64,000 bases of DNA, from assembly GCA_947302485.1 (NCBI GenBank), contig CAMYVO010000001.1:64273-128272 (forward strand), written 5' to 3'. The stretch is from an uncultured Clostridium sp. (GTDB lineage Bacteria > Bacillota > Clostridia > TANB77 > CAG-508). Shown one piece after another: positions 31,046 to 40,788 of this stretch (the first letter of the stretch is position 1; every line of letters starts with the position of its first letter). The position numbers were made by a program, and so were the translations under genes. The notes below the pieces were generated by a model. The model was not told the origin of the DNA. It saw only the letters and a list, made by a program, of their open reading frames with translations, and did not search any database.

Positions 31046-31390
31046 TTAATATATCTTATCTAGCCCTCCGTCAAGTTCATATACATTATCATATTTCATT
31101 TTTTTTAGTTCTTCCACTGCCTTAGCGCTCCTAATTCCACTTTGACAGTAAACAATAATACAATAATTTTTGTCTTTAGCTATTTTGGTTATATTATCAC
31201 TTAATTCATAAAATGGAATATTTATAGCTTTATTTAAATGTCCTTCCTTAAATTCCTGCTGACTCCTTACATCAATAAGTAATGCTTTTTCCTTTTTCAT
31301 TATATTTTTCAACTCTAGATAACTTATTTTTTCTTTTCTATATCTAATATTTGTATTTAATTGTTTTTTTATATTTTTCTTGAAATTCAT
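31046..31390 (-). CDS. rhodanese-like domain protein
   Basis: 114 aa with active-site loop CQSGIRS. Confidence 0.85.
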   Translation of the reverse strand: MNFKKNIKKQLNTNIRYRKEKISYLELKNIMKKEKALLIDVRSQQEFKEGHLNKAINIPFYELSDNITKIAKDKNYCIIVYCQSGIRSAKAVEELKKMKYDNVYELDGGLDKIY

Positions 31391-31575
31391 CTAAAATCTT
31401 CCCCTTATTTTCTTCTTAATATATTATATTAATTTTGTCATTTTTTGTTCTTTTATTACAAATTTTAGTCTTGTTTTTCATTTATATTTCAAAAATATTA
31501 CAGATTGGTTTCGTAAATATTTCATTTTTGTGTTTTATGTAATCTAAAGTGTAGGTTTTAGTTTACATTTTTATA

Positions 31576-31655
31576 TTATCCACATTAATGTGGAAAATGT
31601 GGATAACTCTGTGAATAACTAAAATTATATACTTTGAGAAGATAAATTATTCACA
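31576..31655. promoter_or_regulatory. cluster of five DnaA boxes
   Basis: TTATCCACA at 31576-84 (perfect). tgtggaaaa at 31589-97 (reverse-complement TTTTCCACA). tgtggataa at 31598-606 (perfect, reverse). tgtgaataa at 31610-18. ttattcaca at 31647-55. Confidence 0.7.
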
Positions 31656-31810
31656 TTAAAATAATGTATTTTTTTATGTTTTGTTTTTTCTATTTATTTA
31701 CATTGTTTATGTGTACAGTATGTTTGTTTGGTCTTTTATCACTAAAAGAAGTCAAATACTTTACAAATGTATTTTTAGTAAAGTACTTGGCTTCTTTATA
31801 CAATATAATA

Positions 31811-32728
31811 TTATTTATATTTCTTTAGTTTTGCCACAAAAAATCCCTCATACTTCTTAGTTGGGCAAATACATAGAGTACCTTTTATCTTTGTAGGAAG
31901 AAGTGGAAGTTCCTTTATTCCTTCAAATTCAATATTGACTATTTCTACTTTGTTTTTTAATAATACACTACTTAGTATTTCTTCATTTTCACAAGATAAT
32001 ATTGAGCAAGTAGAATAAATCATTTCCTTTCCTGGCTTTAATATCTTTATTGCCTTTTCAAGCAAAGTCTTTTGTACTTTCACAGATTTTTCTATAAGCT
32101 TTAGAGTAAAATTATTATTTGTTTTTAAATTATCCACATTAATAGTACCGCTTCCACTGCAAGGAGCATCAAGCAATATTTGATCAAATGAAAATAAATC
32201 ATCAATTTTTCTTGCATCTACTTGCATTACATATGTACTTTTTGCTCCTTGCTTCTCAATATTATATTTTAATCTTTCCAGTCTTATTTTATTCATTTCA
32301 CATGCTGTTATATTTGCTTTATTATTAGTTAAAGCAGCAATTTGAGTAGTTTTTCCTCCTGGAGCTGCTGCCATATCTAGTATATCTGTTCCTTCTTTTG
32401 GATCAAGTATTACAGGTGGTAGCATAGAAGAAAGGCTTTGCAGGTAAATCTCTCCATTTTTATATATATCTAATTCTTTAATTACATTTTCTCTTGCATT
32501 TTTTATAATAAAAGCATTTGAATCATACGATACTTTTTCATATATAATACCTTCATAATTTAATATTCTTTCAACTGTGTCGGTATTCGTTTTTAAGGTA
32601 TTAACTCTGAACGTAACTGGCCTTTTAGCTTTGTACCCTTCTAGTATTTTTTTAGTTATATCTTCACCATATTGTTTTTCTAACATTTCTATTAAAAATG
32701 AAGGTATATTAGTGTTATCTTGTTGCAA
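31811..32728 (-). CDS. RsmB/RsmF-family rRNA m5C methyltransferase (NOL1/NOP2/Sun)
   Basis: DMAAAPGGKT SAM-binding motif and DAPCSGSGT catalytic Cys motif. Confidence 0.85.
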   Translation of the reverse strand: MQQDNTNIPSFLIEMLEKQYGEDITKKILEGYKAKRPVTFRVNTLKTNTDTVERILNYEGIIYEKVSYDSNAFIIKNARENVIKELDIYKNGEIYLQSLSSMLPPVILDPKEGTDILDMAAAPGGKTTQIAALTNNKANITACEMNKIRLERLKYNIEKQGAKSTYVMQVDARKIDDLFSFDQILLDAPCSGSGTINVDNLKTNNNFTLKLIEKSVKVQKTLLEKAIKILKPGKEMIYSTCSILSCENEEILSSVLLKNKVEIVNIEFEGIKELPLLPTKIKGTLCICPTKKYEGFFVAKLKKYK

Positions 32729-32746
32729 TTTTTCTTCCTCCTTAAA

Positions 32747-33232
32747 TTATATATCTATAAATGAACTAACATGTACAGTTGAAAAGTTTGTATTCTCCAT
32801 AACATCATTTAATATACTTACTGTATCATCTATCATCACTATTTTATAATCATCAAGTTCTGGATATTTATTTTTTATTTTTTTAAGTATAGCAACCTTT
32901 TTACTATTATCATCTACATAGAATATATTATCGTTTGGAATATTATAATATTTATTGGCAAATTCTCTTTTAAATTCTCCTTCATTATTATTTCCAACTG
33001 TTGTAATAACATATACTCTACTCATATTTTTTTCACTTAAAAAATGTTTTATTCTATATGATATTTTATCCTCAGTATAAAAATTCTGTCCTAATGCATT
33101 TATTTTTTTCCATTCATCATCATTTAATAAATGATGATGATACTCACCAAATTCTAATAATGCTAAAACACCATCAATATCAAATACTAATATGCTATCT
33201 TTATCATTTAATAATTCTTTTATTTTACTCAT
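32747..33232 (-). CDS. HAD-superfamily hydrolase (5'(3')-deoxyribonucleotidase-like)
   Basis: N-terminal FDIDGVLA HAD motif I. Confidence 0.65.
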   Translation of the reverse strand: MSKIKELLNDKDSILVFDIDGVLALLEFGEYHHHLLNDDEWKKINALGQNFYTEDKISYRIKHFLSEKNMSRVYVITTVGNNNEGEFKREFANKYYNIPNDNIFYVDDNSKKVAILKKIKNKYPELDDYKIVMIDDTVSILNDVMENTNFSTVHVSSFIDI

Positions 33233-33292
33233 CTTTCAACCTCTTTTTTTTATAAACTTATTTACTGGCTTTCTGTATATCATTATACCACA

Positions 33293-33326
33293 AAAATAGC
33301 AAATCTAAAACTAGATTTGCTATTTA
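33293..33326 (-). terminator. terminator after the ABC transporter gene; an extended -10 promoter follows for the HAD gene
   Basis: aaatagcaaatct aaaact agatttgctattt, then tttgtggtataat (TGnTATAAT). Confidence 0.55.
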
Positions 33327-33549
33327 ATGTATATATCTATTGTAAAACTATATTACTTGCTTTAAAATTATAATTTATTACTTCGTTAATACTTTCTTGC
33401 TCCATGTTCTCTTGCCACATTCCGGACATTTTAAATATCTTCTTCTACCAAGATGCATTACAAAATATACTGATTTATATTTTGGTACATATTTAAGTTG
33501 TTATTTTGTCATCTTTAATCAGACTTAGATTAAGCTATAATTCACTTTT

Positions 33550-36500
33550 CTATTCTGTTCTTAATGCAATAACTGGATCTTTTTTAGAAGCAGCTCTTGC
33601 TGGTATTAGTCCTCCAATAAGTGTTAGTATAACACTTAAAACAATTAGTCTAATAGCATTACTAAAATAAAATGTTGCATTTAATGGTATATTACCAATA
33701 AAATGATGTAATACACCGTTTATAATTGGTATTAATATATAAGTGATTCCTACTCCAAATAATCCAGATAATAAACCAATTATAAATGTTTCTGCATTAA
33801 AAATTGAAGAAATGTTGTGTTTTGATGCACCAATTGCTCTTAGTATTCCTATTTCTTTTGTTCTTTCATATACAGAAATGTATGTTATTATTCCTATCAT
33901 AATTGATGATACAATCAACGAAATAGAAATAAATGCTATTAATACATAAGTAACTGCATTAACTATAGTCTTAACCGAACTCATAAGTATTCCTGTTGTA
34001 TCTGTATAATTTATTTCCTTATCATTTTCTCCATTTTCTATTACTCTATTATTATATGAATCTATAAAATCTAAAAAGTGTTCTTTTCCATCAAAACTTT
34101 TAAAGTAAAATGAGATATATGTTGGTTCTTCCTTATCTTGATATCCAAGACTTATTAAATTGTTCTTTGCATTGTTTTCTGTTTTTTTCATCATTGCTGT
34201 TACTATTCTTGTTATTTCTTCCTCAGTTATTTTCATTTTAAATGAGCTGGCTATTTTACTTTCGTCTACATTAAATGATGAAGCAAAGCTACTAGTTAAA
34301 TTAGCTGTTAATTCTCCTACTTTTGTCAAAATATCCCTTTTCATTACAGCTTCTGTCATAGTCTGAGCCATTTTATTTGATGTTTCTTGAATAGCTAAAT
34401 TATTCATATATGTCTCAATAACTGTAGAAACTATATCCTGATATACTATGGCTGTTGGATTTGCAGAATCTATTGTTAAGCTTTGATCTATCATATAATA
34501 TGCATTTATATATGTTTGTAATAATCCTTTTAATAATCCTGAATATGCAGTTTCAAAAATATCTTTAGGAATAACATAGCTATTTTCTAAAGATGACATC
34601 ATTTTTGATGGTTCGTTTTCTTTTAAATAATTATTAACAGTATTATCAACATCATTTACACTAACTGAACCTTCAATACTATTGAATAATCCACTAGCTA
34701 ATGTATTTAAATTATCTGTAAACTTTTTTCTAGCAGGCGAAATATCTGCTGTTACTGAACTTGCAATTTCTCCCATATATCCTTCGGTTTGTTTTTGCAA
34801 TGTGCTTTGGTCTATTTTTATATTAAACGCACTTTGAAGCTTTTGTGTATCTATACTAACTAAATCGTTAAAATCCAAACCTAGATTATTTTTCTTAGCA
34901 TCAAATCTTGAGCCAGAAAGTACATCTACATCTTCATCTGCTAGTTGTTTTTTTACAACATCTGTTTTAGCAGAATAATCTATTATATAATCAATTAAAT
35001 CACTTGTATATGCTACTCCTGGATTTAAAGCAGTTGATGTAACACCCTCTTTTGCAGAAACTATACCGACAATTTTTAAATGCTCTGCTTCTTCATAAAG
35101 ATTCTTCATATACTCTTCATTTTCAGTCATATCTTCGTATACATTATATTTTTCGTTATATTTATATATATCAGTTGGCATAAATAATTTAAGATTAATA
35201 TTCAATAAATTATCATATGAAACTGATATTGGTTCATTATTTATATCTACTTTTTCACCACTCATTATTTTAGTTACAATATCTCTTAATTCATCAATAT
35301 CTCTTAATCCTAATGAGTAAACAAGTAAATCCGAAATAGTATTTGGTTCTGAAAGTACTATTATCATTTCATTATATTTTTCTGGCCATCTTCCGGCAAG
35401 TACATCATACGAATTATTTAAATTATCTTTGTCATCAATCATTTGAGAATAAATTGAAGAATATGAGCTTATTAAACTTGAACTAAATGCTGAATTAAAT
35501 AAATTACTAGGATTTAGTTTTAGAAGCTTATTATCTACTCCCTGTGTGTAAATCAATGGATCTACACTATATGAATATTTTATTGATGATATATCTTCTC
35601 CTATTTCATTATAATTCTCTTTTATGTGGTTTTTAAAACTTTTTAAATCGTTTGTACTTAAATTTCCAAGCATTTTAGAAATATATTGTTTTTCTTCAAC
35701 AATGTTAGAGTCTTTTCTTTCTTCATTTTCTGTTGTCATAGAAAGCAAAACTCCTGCAACATCTGTAGTTTCCTGCATTATAGTAAGAGGATATGAAGTT
35801 AATGTATCTTCTTGAATATGATCAACATAAGCTTGAAATCCATTAGATACTGCCTGTACTAATGCAATTCCAATTATACCTATTGAACCTGCAAATGCAA
35901 CCAAAATAGTCCTACCTTTTTTAGTTAACAAGTTATTTAAACTTAATCTTAAGGCAGTCCAGAATTTCATAGCTGTTCTACCTATTTGGCCTGTTTCAAC
36001 TTTTTCTTGTTCATCCATTTCTGTTATAGGGTTTGAATCTTCTGTAATAGTTCCATCTAAAATTTTAATAATCCTGCTCGAATATTGTTCAGCAAGCTCC
36101 GGATTATGTGTTACCATAATAATTAATTTGTTTTTTGATATTTTCTTTAATATCTCCATTACTTGGACACTTGTTTTAGTATCTAAAGCACCAGTTGGTT
36201 CATCTGCCAATATAATATCTGGGTTATTAACTAAAGCTCTTGCAATTGCCACCCTTTGCATTTGACCACCAGATAATTGATTTGGTTTCTTATGTATATG
36301 CTCTCCTAAACCAACTTCTTCTAGAGCTTTAATAGCTCTTTCTTTTCTTTCTTTTTTGGATATTCCTCCTATTGTTAGTGCAAGTTCAACATTTGATAAT
36401 ATAGTTTGATGTCCTATTAAATTATAGCTTTGAAAAACAAAACCAACTTTATAGTTTCTATATGCATCCCAATCTCTATCTTTAAATTTTTTTGTTGATT

Positions 36501-36699
36501 TACCATTTATAATTAAGTCACCTGATGTGTATCTATCAAGCCCCCCTATAATGTTAAGTAGAGTGGTCTTTCCACATCCACTTTGTCCCAAAATTGAAAC
36601 AAATTCTGACTGTCTAAACTTTAAATTAATTCCTTTTAAAGCTTCTAATTTTTCATCTCCTGTAGTATAAGTTTTTGTTATATTTAGCAATTGTAGCAT
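33550..36699 (-). CDS. fused ABC transporter ATPase-permease (MacB/FtsX-type) with a large extracytoplasmic domain
   Basis: Walker A GQSGCGKTT, signature LSGGQ, Walker B, then a very long extracellular region and C-terminal FtsX-like TM helices. Start taken at MLQLL with SD gaggagg. Confidence 0.85.
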   Translation of the reverse strand: MLQLLNITKTYTTGDEKLEALKGINLKFRQSEFVSILGQSGCGKTTLLNIIGGLDRYTSGDLIINGKSTKKFKDRDWDAYRNYKVGFVFQSYNLIGHQTILSNVELALTIGGISKKERKERAIKALEEVGLGEHIHKKPNQLSGGQMQRVAIARALVNNPDIILADEPTGALDTKTSVQVMEILKKISKNKLIIMVTHNPELAEQYSSRIIKILDGTITEDSNPITEMDEQEKVETGQIGRTAMKFWTALRLSLNNLLTKKGRTILVAFAGSIGIIGIALVQAVSNGFQAYVDHIQEDTLTSYPLTIMQETTDVAGVLLSMTTENEERKDSNIVEEKQYISKMLGNLSTNDLKSFKNHIKENYNEIGEDISSIKYSYSVDPLIYTQGVDNKLLKLNPSNLFNSAFSSSLISSYSSIYSQMIDDKDNLNNSYDVLAGRWPEKYNEMIIVLSEPNTISDLLVYSLGLRDIDELRDIVTKIMSGEKVDINNEPISVSYDNLLNINLKLFMPTDIYKYNEKYNVYEDMTENEEYMKNLYEEAEHLKIVGIVSAKEGVTSTALNPGVAYTSDLIDYIIDYSAKTDVVKKQLADEDVDVLSGSRFDAKKNNLGLDFNDLVSIDTQKLQSAFNIKIDQSTLQKQTEGYMGEIASSVTADISPARKKFTDNLNTLASGLFNSIEGSVSVNDVDNTVNNYLKENEPSKMMSSLENSYVIPKDIFETAYSGLLKGLLQTYINAYYMIDQSLTIDSANPTAIVYQDIVSTVIETYMNNLAIQETSNKMAQTMTEAVMKRDILTKVGELTANLTSSFASSFNVDESKIASSFKMKITEEEITRIVTAMMKKTENNAKNNLISLGYQDKEEPTYISFYFKSFDGKEHFLDFIDSYNNRVIENGENDKEINYTDTTGILMSSVKTIVNAVTYVLIAFISISLIVSSIMIGIITYISVYERTKEIGILRAIGASKHNISSIFNAETFIIGLLSGLFGVGITYILIPIINGVLHHFIGNIPLNATFYFSNAIRLIVLSVILTLIGGLIPARAASKKDPVIALRTE

Positions 36700-36775
36700 G
36701 CCCATACCTCCTCAATCTTACTTCTAACTTAGTTATAGTCTTAATTATATCCTTTTTAAATACTGTTTCATTGTA

Positions 36776-37342
36776 TTATAATAATATAATTCCTAAATGC
36801 TCTAATAATATTTTAAGTCCAATTATTATTAGTACAATTCCTCCTGTAAGTTTTGACTTGTTTTGAAACTTATCTCCAAATTTATTTCCAATTTTTACAC
36901 CTGTTAAGGATAAACAAAATGTAATTACACCAATTATTATTATAGATAATAGTATGTTTATATCAAAGAAAGCAAAAGTTATTCCAACAGCTAAAGCATC
37001 TATACTTGTTGCCACTGCAAGTATATGCATTGTTCTTGCGTCGATACTTTCATTTATATTCTCTTCTTCTGTGCTAAAAGATTCTTTTATCATGTATATT
37101 CCAATTATTGAAAGTAATATAAATATCATCCAATGATCTATATCTTCCACGAATCCACTAAATCTAGTACCAAATAAATAGCCAATTATTGGCATAATCC
37201 CTTGAAATACTCCAAAATACAAACTAATTTTTATCGCATTTTTCCAGTTTAATTTTATCATGGAAAGTCCTTTACATACAGATACTGAAAAAGCATCCAT
37301 TGCAAGTCCTATACTAATAACAATAATTTCAAATATTCCCAT
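36776..37342 (-). CDS. mntP: manganese efflux pump MntP
   Basis: DUF204 repeats with the MDAFSVS motif. Start taken at MGIFEI with SD aaaggagacaccaaatATG. Confidence 0.8.
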   Translation of the reverse strand: MGIFEIIVISIGLAMDAFSVSVCKGLSMIKLNWKNAIKISLYFGVFQGIMPIIGYLFGTRFSGFVEDIDHWMIFILLSIIGIYMIKESFSTEEENINESIDARTMHILAVATSIDALAVGITFAFFDINILLSIIIIGVITFCLSLTGVKIGNKFGDKFQNKSKLTGGIVLIIIGLKILLEHLGIILL

Positions 37343-37422
37343 ATTTGGTGTCTCCTTTAAATAAAAGTAAATTCTTCTATTTAAAAGAATATGCACTAAA
37401 AATTTTTTGTATTCATTTATAC

Positions 37423-39630
37423 TTATTTAATATTTCTTAACCTTAATGCATTTAATACTACTGTTATGCTACTAATTGTCATAGCAAATGCTGCAATCAT
37501 AGGATTTAACAATATTCCAAACCCATTTAATAATCCACATGCAATAGGTATCATACAAATATTATAAAAAAATGTCCAGAATAGGTTTTGTTTAATATTT
37601 GCTATTGTTTTTTTACTAATATATATTAAGTCATTTATTTTGTCTAAATTATTATTCATAAGAACTACATTTGCTGAATCAATTGCAATATCAGTACCAT
37701 TTGAGATAGAAACTCCTATATCAGCAATTACTAAACTAACACTATCATTTATTCCATCTCCGCACATCATAACTAATCCTTTTTGTTTTAGTTTATTTAT
37801 ATTTTCAGCTTTTTCTTCTGGTTTAACATTTGCAATAATATTTGTTATTCCAATTTCATTTGCAATAAATTTTGCAGTTTTCTCATTGTCACCAGTTAAC
37901 ATTATAATGTCAATATTTTTATTTTTTAACTCTTTTATAGTATCTTTTATATTTTTTCTTATAACATCTTTTACTCCAATTAATGAAATAATTTTACCAT
38001 TCTTGCATATATATATAATACTATTCCCTCTTTTTGATAAATCACTTTCGTCTTTTTCATGTTCTTCTTTTATTTCTACAAAATTTTGTACCATTAAATT
38101 TTTGTTTCCAATATAGTATTCATCTTCTCCAATTCTTGCATAAACACCATATCCTGCAATAGTTTTAAATTCTGTAGGTTCTTCTATTTTAATATTATTA
38201 TTATTTGCATAATTTATAATTGCTCCTGCAATTGGATGTTCTGATTTATTTTCAATACTTGCGGCTTTGCTAATTATATTTTCTTCATTTTCATCTGTAT
38301 AATTATATATCTTTGAAATAGTTAAATTACCGTTTGTTAATGTTCCTGTTTTATCAAAAACTATTGTCTTTACCTTATTAGCATCCTCTAAACTTTGTCC
38401 ATCTTTAATTAATATTCCATTCTTACTACATATTCCTGAGCCAATTACAATTGCAAGTGGAGTAGCAAGTCCTAAACTACATGGACATGCAATAACTAAT
38501 ACAGATACAAATATATTAATACTAAATGCAAAATTTTTAGTTATTAAAAACCAAATAACAAATGATACTATCGCAATTAATATAATGATTGGAACAAAAT
38601 AACTACTTATTGTGTCTGCAAGCTTTGAAAGCTTCGCCTTAGTATTTGTAGCTTCTACAGTTAGTCTTACAATTTCTGATACAGTAGATTCTCTACCTAT
38701 CTTTTCTGCTTTGTATTTTATGGTGCCTTCATAATTAATACTTCCAGCTATCACTTTTGAACCTTCATCTCGTTTCACCGGTGTACTCTCTCCAGTTATA
38801 AATGATTCATCTATATGTGTAGTTCCTTCTACAACAATTCCATCAACAGCTATTTTTTCTCCCGGCTTACAAATTACTATATCTCCTTTTTGTATTTCAT
38901 CAATAGTAAAAACAGTTTCTTTTCCATCTTTAAAAATAACTGCATTTTGTGGAGTAATTTCCATTAATTGCATAATAGCTTCTTTAGTTTTATTTTTGTT
39001 TTTATTTTCAATATATTTGCCTATTCTTATAAAAAGTATTACTGTTGCAGCTGATTCGTAATATAGCTTTTCTACATACTCTATATTACCATTAAAAATC
39101 ATAAATGTTCCATATATACTATATAAAAAACTTACAGTTACACCAAGCATAACTAATGTATCCATATTAGGAGTTCTATGTAGTAAATTTTTAATTCCAT
39201 TCTTTAATATATCTCTACCTAAAATTAATATAGCTATAGTTAAAATAAGTAAAGTAATAGTATAATTTAAAGGATATTTTGCCATGTTTAAAAATGGTAT
39301 CACAGGAAGTCCGACCATATGTGACATAGATATATATATAATTAATATTGATATCACTGATAAAAATATTAGTTTGTACTTTTCATTAGACTCTTTTTTC
39401 TTTTCTTTTTCTAATGTATTTATACCTAAACTTCTAAATCCTGCATTTTCAACAAATTTATCTAAATCTAGTAAGCCTATTTTTTTATCATCATACTCAA
39501 TGCACGCTGTATTCATTACTAAATTTACTGTAGCTTTGTTAATACCTTCTTGTTTATTTAAATATTTTTCTAACCCATTAGAACACGCCGAGCAAGTCAT
39601 CCCTTCTATGACTAAAATCACTTTTTTCAT
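37423..39630 (-). CDS. copA: copper-translocating P1B-type ATPase
   Basis: N-terminal HMA domain GMTCSAC, CPC motif in TM6, DKTGT phosphorylation site, GDGINDS. Confidence 0.95.
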   Translation of the reverse strand: MKKVILVIEGMTCSACSNGLEKYLNKQEGINKATVNLVMNTACIEYDDKKIGLLDLDKFVENAGFRSLGINTLEKEKKKESNEKYKLIFLSVISILIIYISMSHMVGLPVIPFLNMAKYPLNYTITLLILTIAILILGRDILKNGIKNLLHRTPNMDTLVMLGVTVSFLYSIYGTFMIFNGNIEYVEKLYYESAATVILFIRIGKYIENKNKNKTKEAIMQLMEITPQNAVIFKDGKETVFTIDEIQKGDIVICKPGEKIAVDGIVVEGTTHIDESFITGESTPVKRDEGSKVIAGSINYEGTIKYKAEKIGRESTVSEIVRLTVEATNTKAKLSKLADTISSYFVPIIILIAIVSFVIWFLITKNFAFSINIFVSVLVIACPCSLGLATPLAIVIGSGICSKNGILIKDGQSLEDANKVKTIVFDKTGTLTNGNLTISKIYNYTDENEENIISKAASIENKSEHPIAGAIINYANNNNIKIEEPTEFKTIAGYGVYARIGEDEYYIGNKNLMVQNFVEIKEEHEKDESDLSKRGNSIIYICKNGKIISLIGVKDVIRKNIKDTIKELKNKNIDIIMLTGDNEKTAKFIANEIGITNIIANVKPEEKAENINKLKQKGLVMMCGDGINDSVSLVIADIGVSISNGTDIAIDSANVVLMNNNLDKINDLIYISKKTIANIKQNLFWTFFYNICMIPIACGLLNGFGILLNPMIAAFAMTISSITVVLNALRLRNIK

Positions 39631-39729
39631 AAGCTCTCCTTAAATTCTTCTATAAATACGATTATCACTATAATAACATAAGAGCAAAGTATTTTTCAAA
39701 TAACTACTTGCTCTTATATTTATCATTTC

Positions 39730-39987
39730 TTACCCCTTAAAATTCTTTGCTACACTTTCTATTTCTTTTAGCTCAAATCTATATTTTTGCACAATATTTG
39801 GATATTTATTATGATCAACTTCACTTAAAAACATATCTAGTGGTCTAATGTACAAACCACTATCCCCATATAATGCTCTGTAAACAACATATTTTTCTTT
39901 TGATTCAGAATGAATTGCAATGTCTTGTACTAAATACATATCCCCTTTAAAGTGCTTATATATTCCATTTATTTTAATTTCTCTCAT
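39730..39987 (-). CDS. DUF1653 family protein
   Basis: 85 aa, …[11 protein letters not shown]…[10 protein letters not shown]…. SD ggaggtgaacatATG. Confidence 0.7.
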   Translation of the reverse strand: MREIKINGIYKHFKGDMYLVQDIAIHSESKEKYVVYRALYGDSGLYIRPLDMFLSEVDHNKYPNIVQKYRFELKEIESVAKNFKG

Positions 39988-40003
39988 ATGTTCACCTCCT
40001 TAA

Positions 40004-40093
40004 TTAATATAAACAACATTCTTTATCATGATATTTAATATATAATTTATTTTTTAAATTGCACCATTTGCATCTAGTTTTATTTTCATCCAT
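40004..40093 (-). CDS. candidate Cys-rich small ORF (29 aa, MDENKTRCKWCNLKNKLYIKYHDKECCLY) in the DUF1653-copA leader
   Basis: Lies between a consensus promoter and DUF1653. Weak SD aaagga 8 nt upstream. Contains CxxC…H…CC. Confidence 0.25.
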   Translation of the reverse strand: MDENKTRCKWCNLKNKLYIKYHDKECCLY

Positions 40094-40127
40094 TTTATGC
40101 ATCCTTTATCTTTTTATATTTAATATC

Positions 40128-40156
40128 ATTATAACAAAGCAGTTAAATTTTGACAA
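40128..40156 (-). promoter_or_regulatory. consensus sigma-A-type promoter driving the small ORF, DUF1653 and possibly copA
   Basis: Minus strand: TTGTCA, 17 nt, TATAAT. A tandem TACTGCAA repeat lies immediately upstream of the -35 element. Confidence 0.6.
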
Positions 40157-40242
40157 TAATTTATTCCTAGTTGCAGTACTGTTGCAGTATTTTGAAATAA
40201 GTGAAATTCTGTAACTCGCTTGTATTGAGAAGTTACAGGATT

Positions 40243-40374
40243 TTATGTGTCTGGTGGGCAGGGATGGATTCGGCGAGCCGCATCGGTAAAACAGTCCACC
40301 GGACTGTTTTAGCCTTCGTACAAACCTTTCAGCTGAAAGCTTTGTACTTGGCAACCTCCTTTTCGAATCCATCT
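40243..40374 (-). repeat. partial duplicate of the tRNA-Tyr 3' end: a 21-nt direct repeat with the T-arm halves split by about 100 nt of hairpin-rich sequence
   Basis: tggtgggcagggatggattcg at 40243-40263 repeats the 3' end of tRNA-Tyr at 40418-40438. cgaatccatc recurs, inverted, at 40365-40374. The segment between carries hairpins aaaacagtcc/ggactgtttt and tacaaacctttcag/ctgaaagctttgta. Confidence 0.6.
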
Positions 40375-40377
40375 TAA

Positions 40378-40417
40378 TCAATAAAAATAGCCATAGCTTT
40401 ACTATGACTATTTTTTT
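40378..40417 (-). terminator. terminator of the tRNA operon
   Basis: Minus RNA uagucauag uaaag cuauggcua (9-bp stem including one G.U), then uuuuuauu. Confidence 0.55.
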
Positions 40418-40503
40418 TGGTGGGCAGGGATGGATTCGAACCATCGTACTCAAATGAGAACAGATTTACAGTCTGCCGCCTTTAGCCACTCGGCCACCTA
40501 CCC
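40418..40503 (-). tRNA. tRNA-Tyr (GTA)
   Basis: Minus strand gggtaggtggccgagtggctaaaggcggcagactGTAaatctgt…gatggttcgaatccatccctgcccacca, with a long variable arm and encoded CCA. Confidence 0.9.
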
Positions 40504-40522
40504 AAATATAATAAATAAAAAA

Positions 40523-40599
40523 TGGTGCTCCCTCAAGGATTCGAACCTTGGACCCACCGGTTATGAGCCGGTTGCTCTGACCAACTGAGCTAAGGGCGC
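40523..40599 (-). tRNA. tRNA with CAT anticodon (elongator Met, or Ile2 read via lysidine; B. subtilis Ile2-like body)
   Basis: gcgcccttagctcagttggtcagagcaaccggctCATaaccggt…ggttcgaatcc…cacca. G3-A70 is mismatched as transcribed. Confidence 0.8.
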
Positions 40600-40645
40600 A
40601 TGTACAAAAAAAATATGACTATATATATTTAGAATATATAGTCAT

Positions 40646-40719
<74 letters not shown>

Positions 40720-40734
40720 AAATTACCTCTGACA

Positions 40735-40765
40735 AGTATAAATTATAAATGTAATTTATATATTT
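40735..40765 (-). promoter_or_regulatory. consensus promoter of the tRNA operon
   Basis: Minus strand TTGACA, 17 nt, TATAAT, flanked by an imperfect inverted repeat ctctgacaag…cttgtcaagag. Confidence 0.65.
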
Positions 40766-40788
40766 GTCAAGAGATTTTTTTAATTTTT

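Noticed and set aside
31576-31655. DnaA-box cluster as the chromosomal origin oriC
   Set aside because: No dnaA, dnaN or rpmH nearby and no switch in gene-strand bias across the site. A secondary DnaA-binding cluster is the better reading.
33360-33470. 26-aa minus-strand ORF MHLGRRRYLKCPECGKRTWSKKVLTK
   Set aside because: No SD and only two Cys, so not a complete zinc ribbon. Probably chance.
36954-38116. Plus-strand ORFs (60 and 158 aa) inside copA
   Set aside because: Antisense, hydrophobic and low-complexity, with no RBS.
40106-40453. 115-aa ORF in the six-frame track
   Set aside because: It overlaps tRNA-Tyr, the tRNA-derived repeat and the promoter region. It is an artefact of the GC-richer tRNA sequence.
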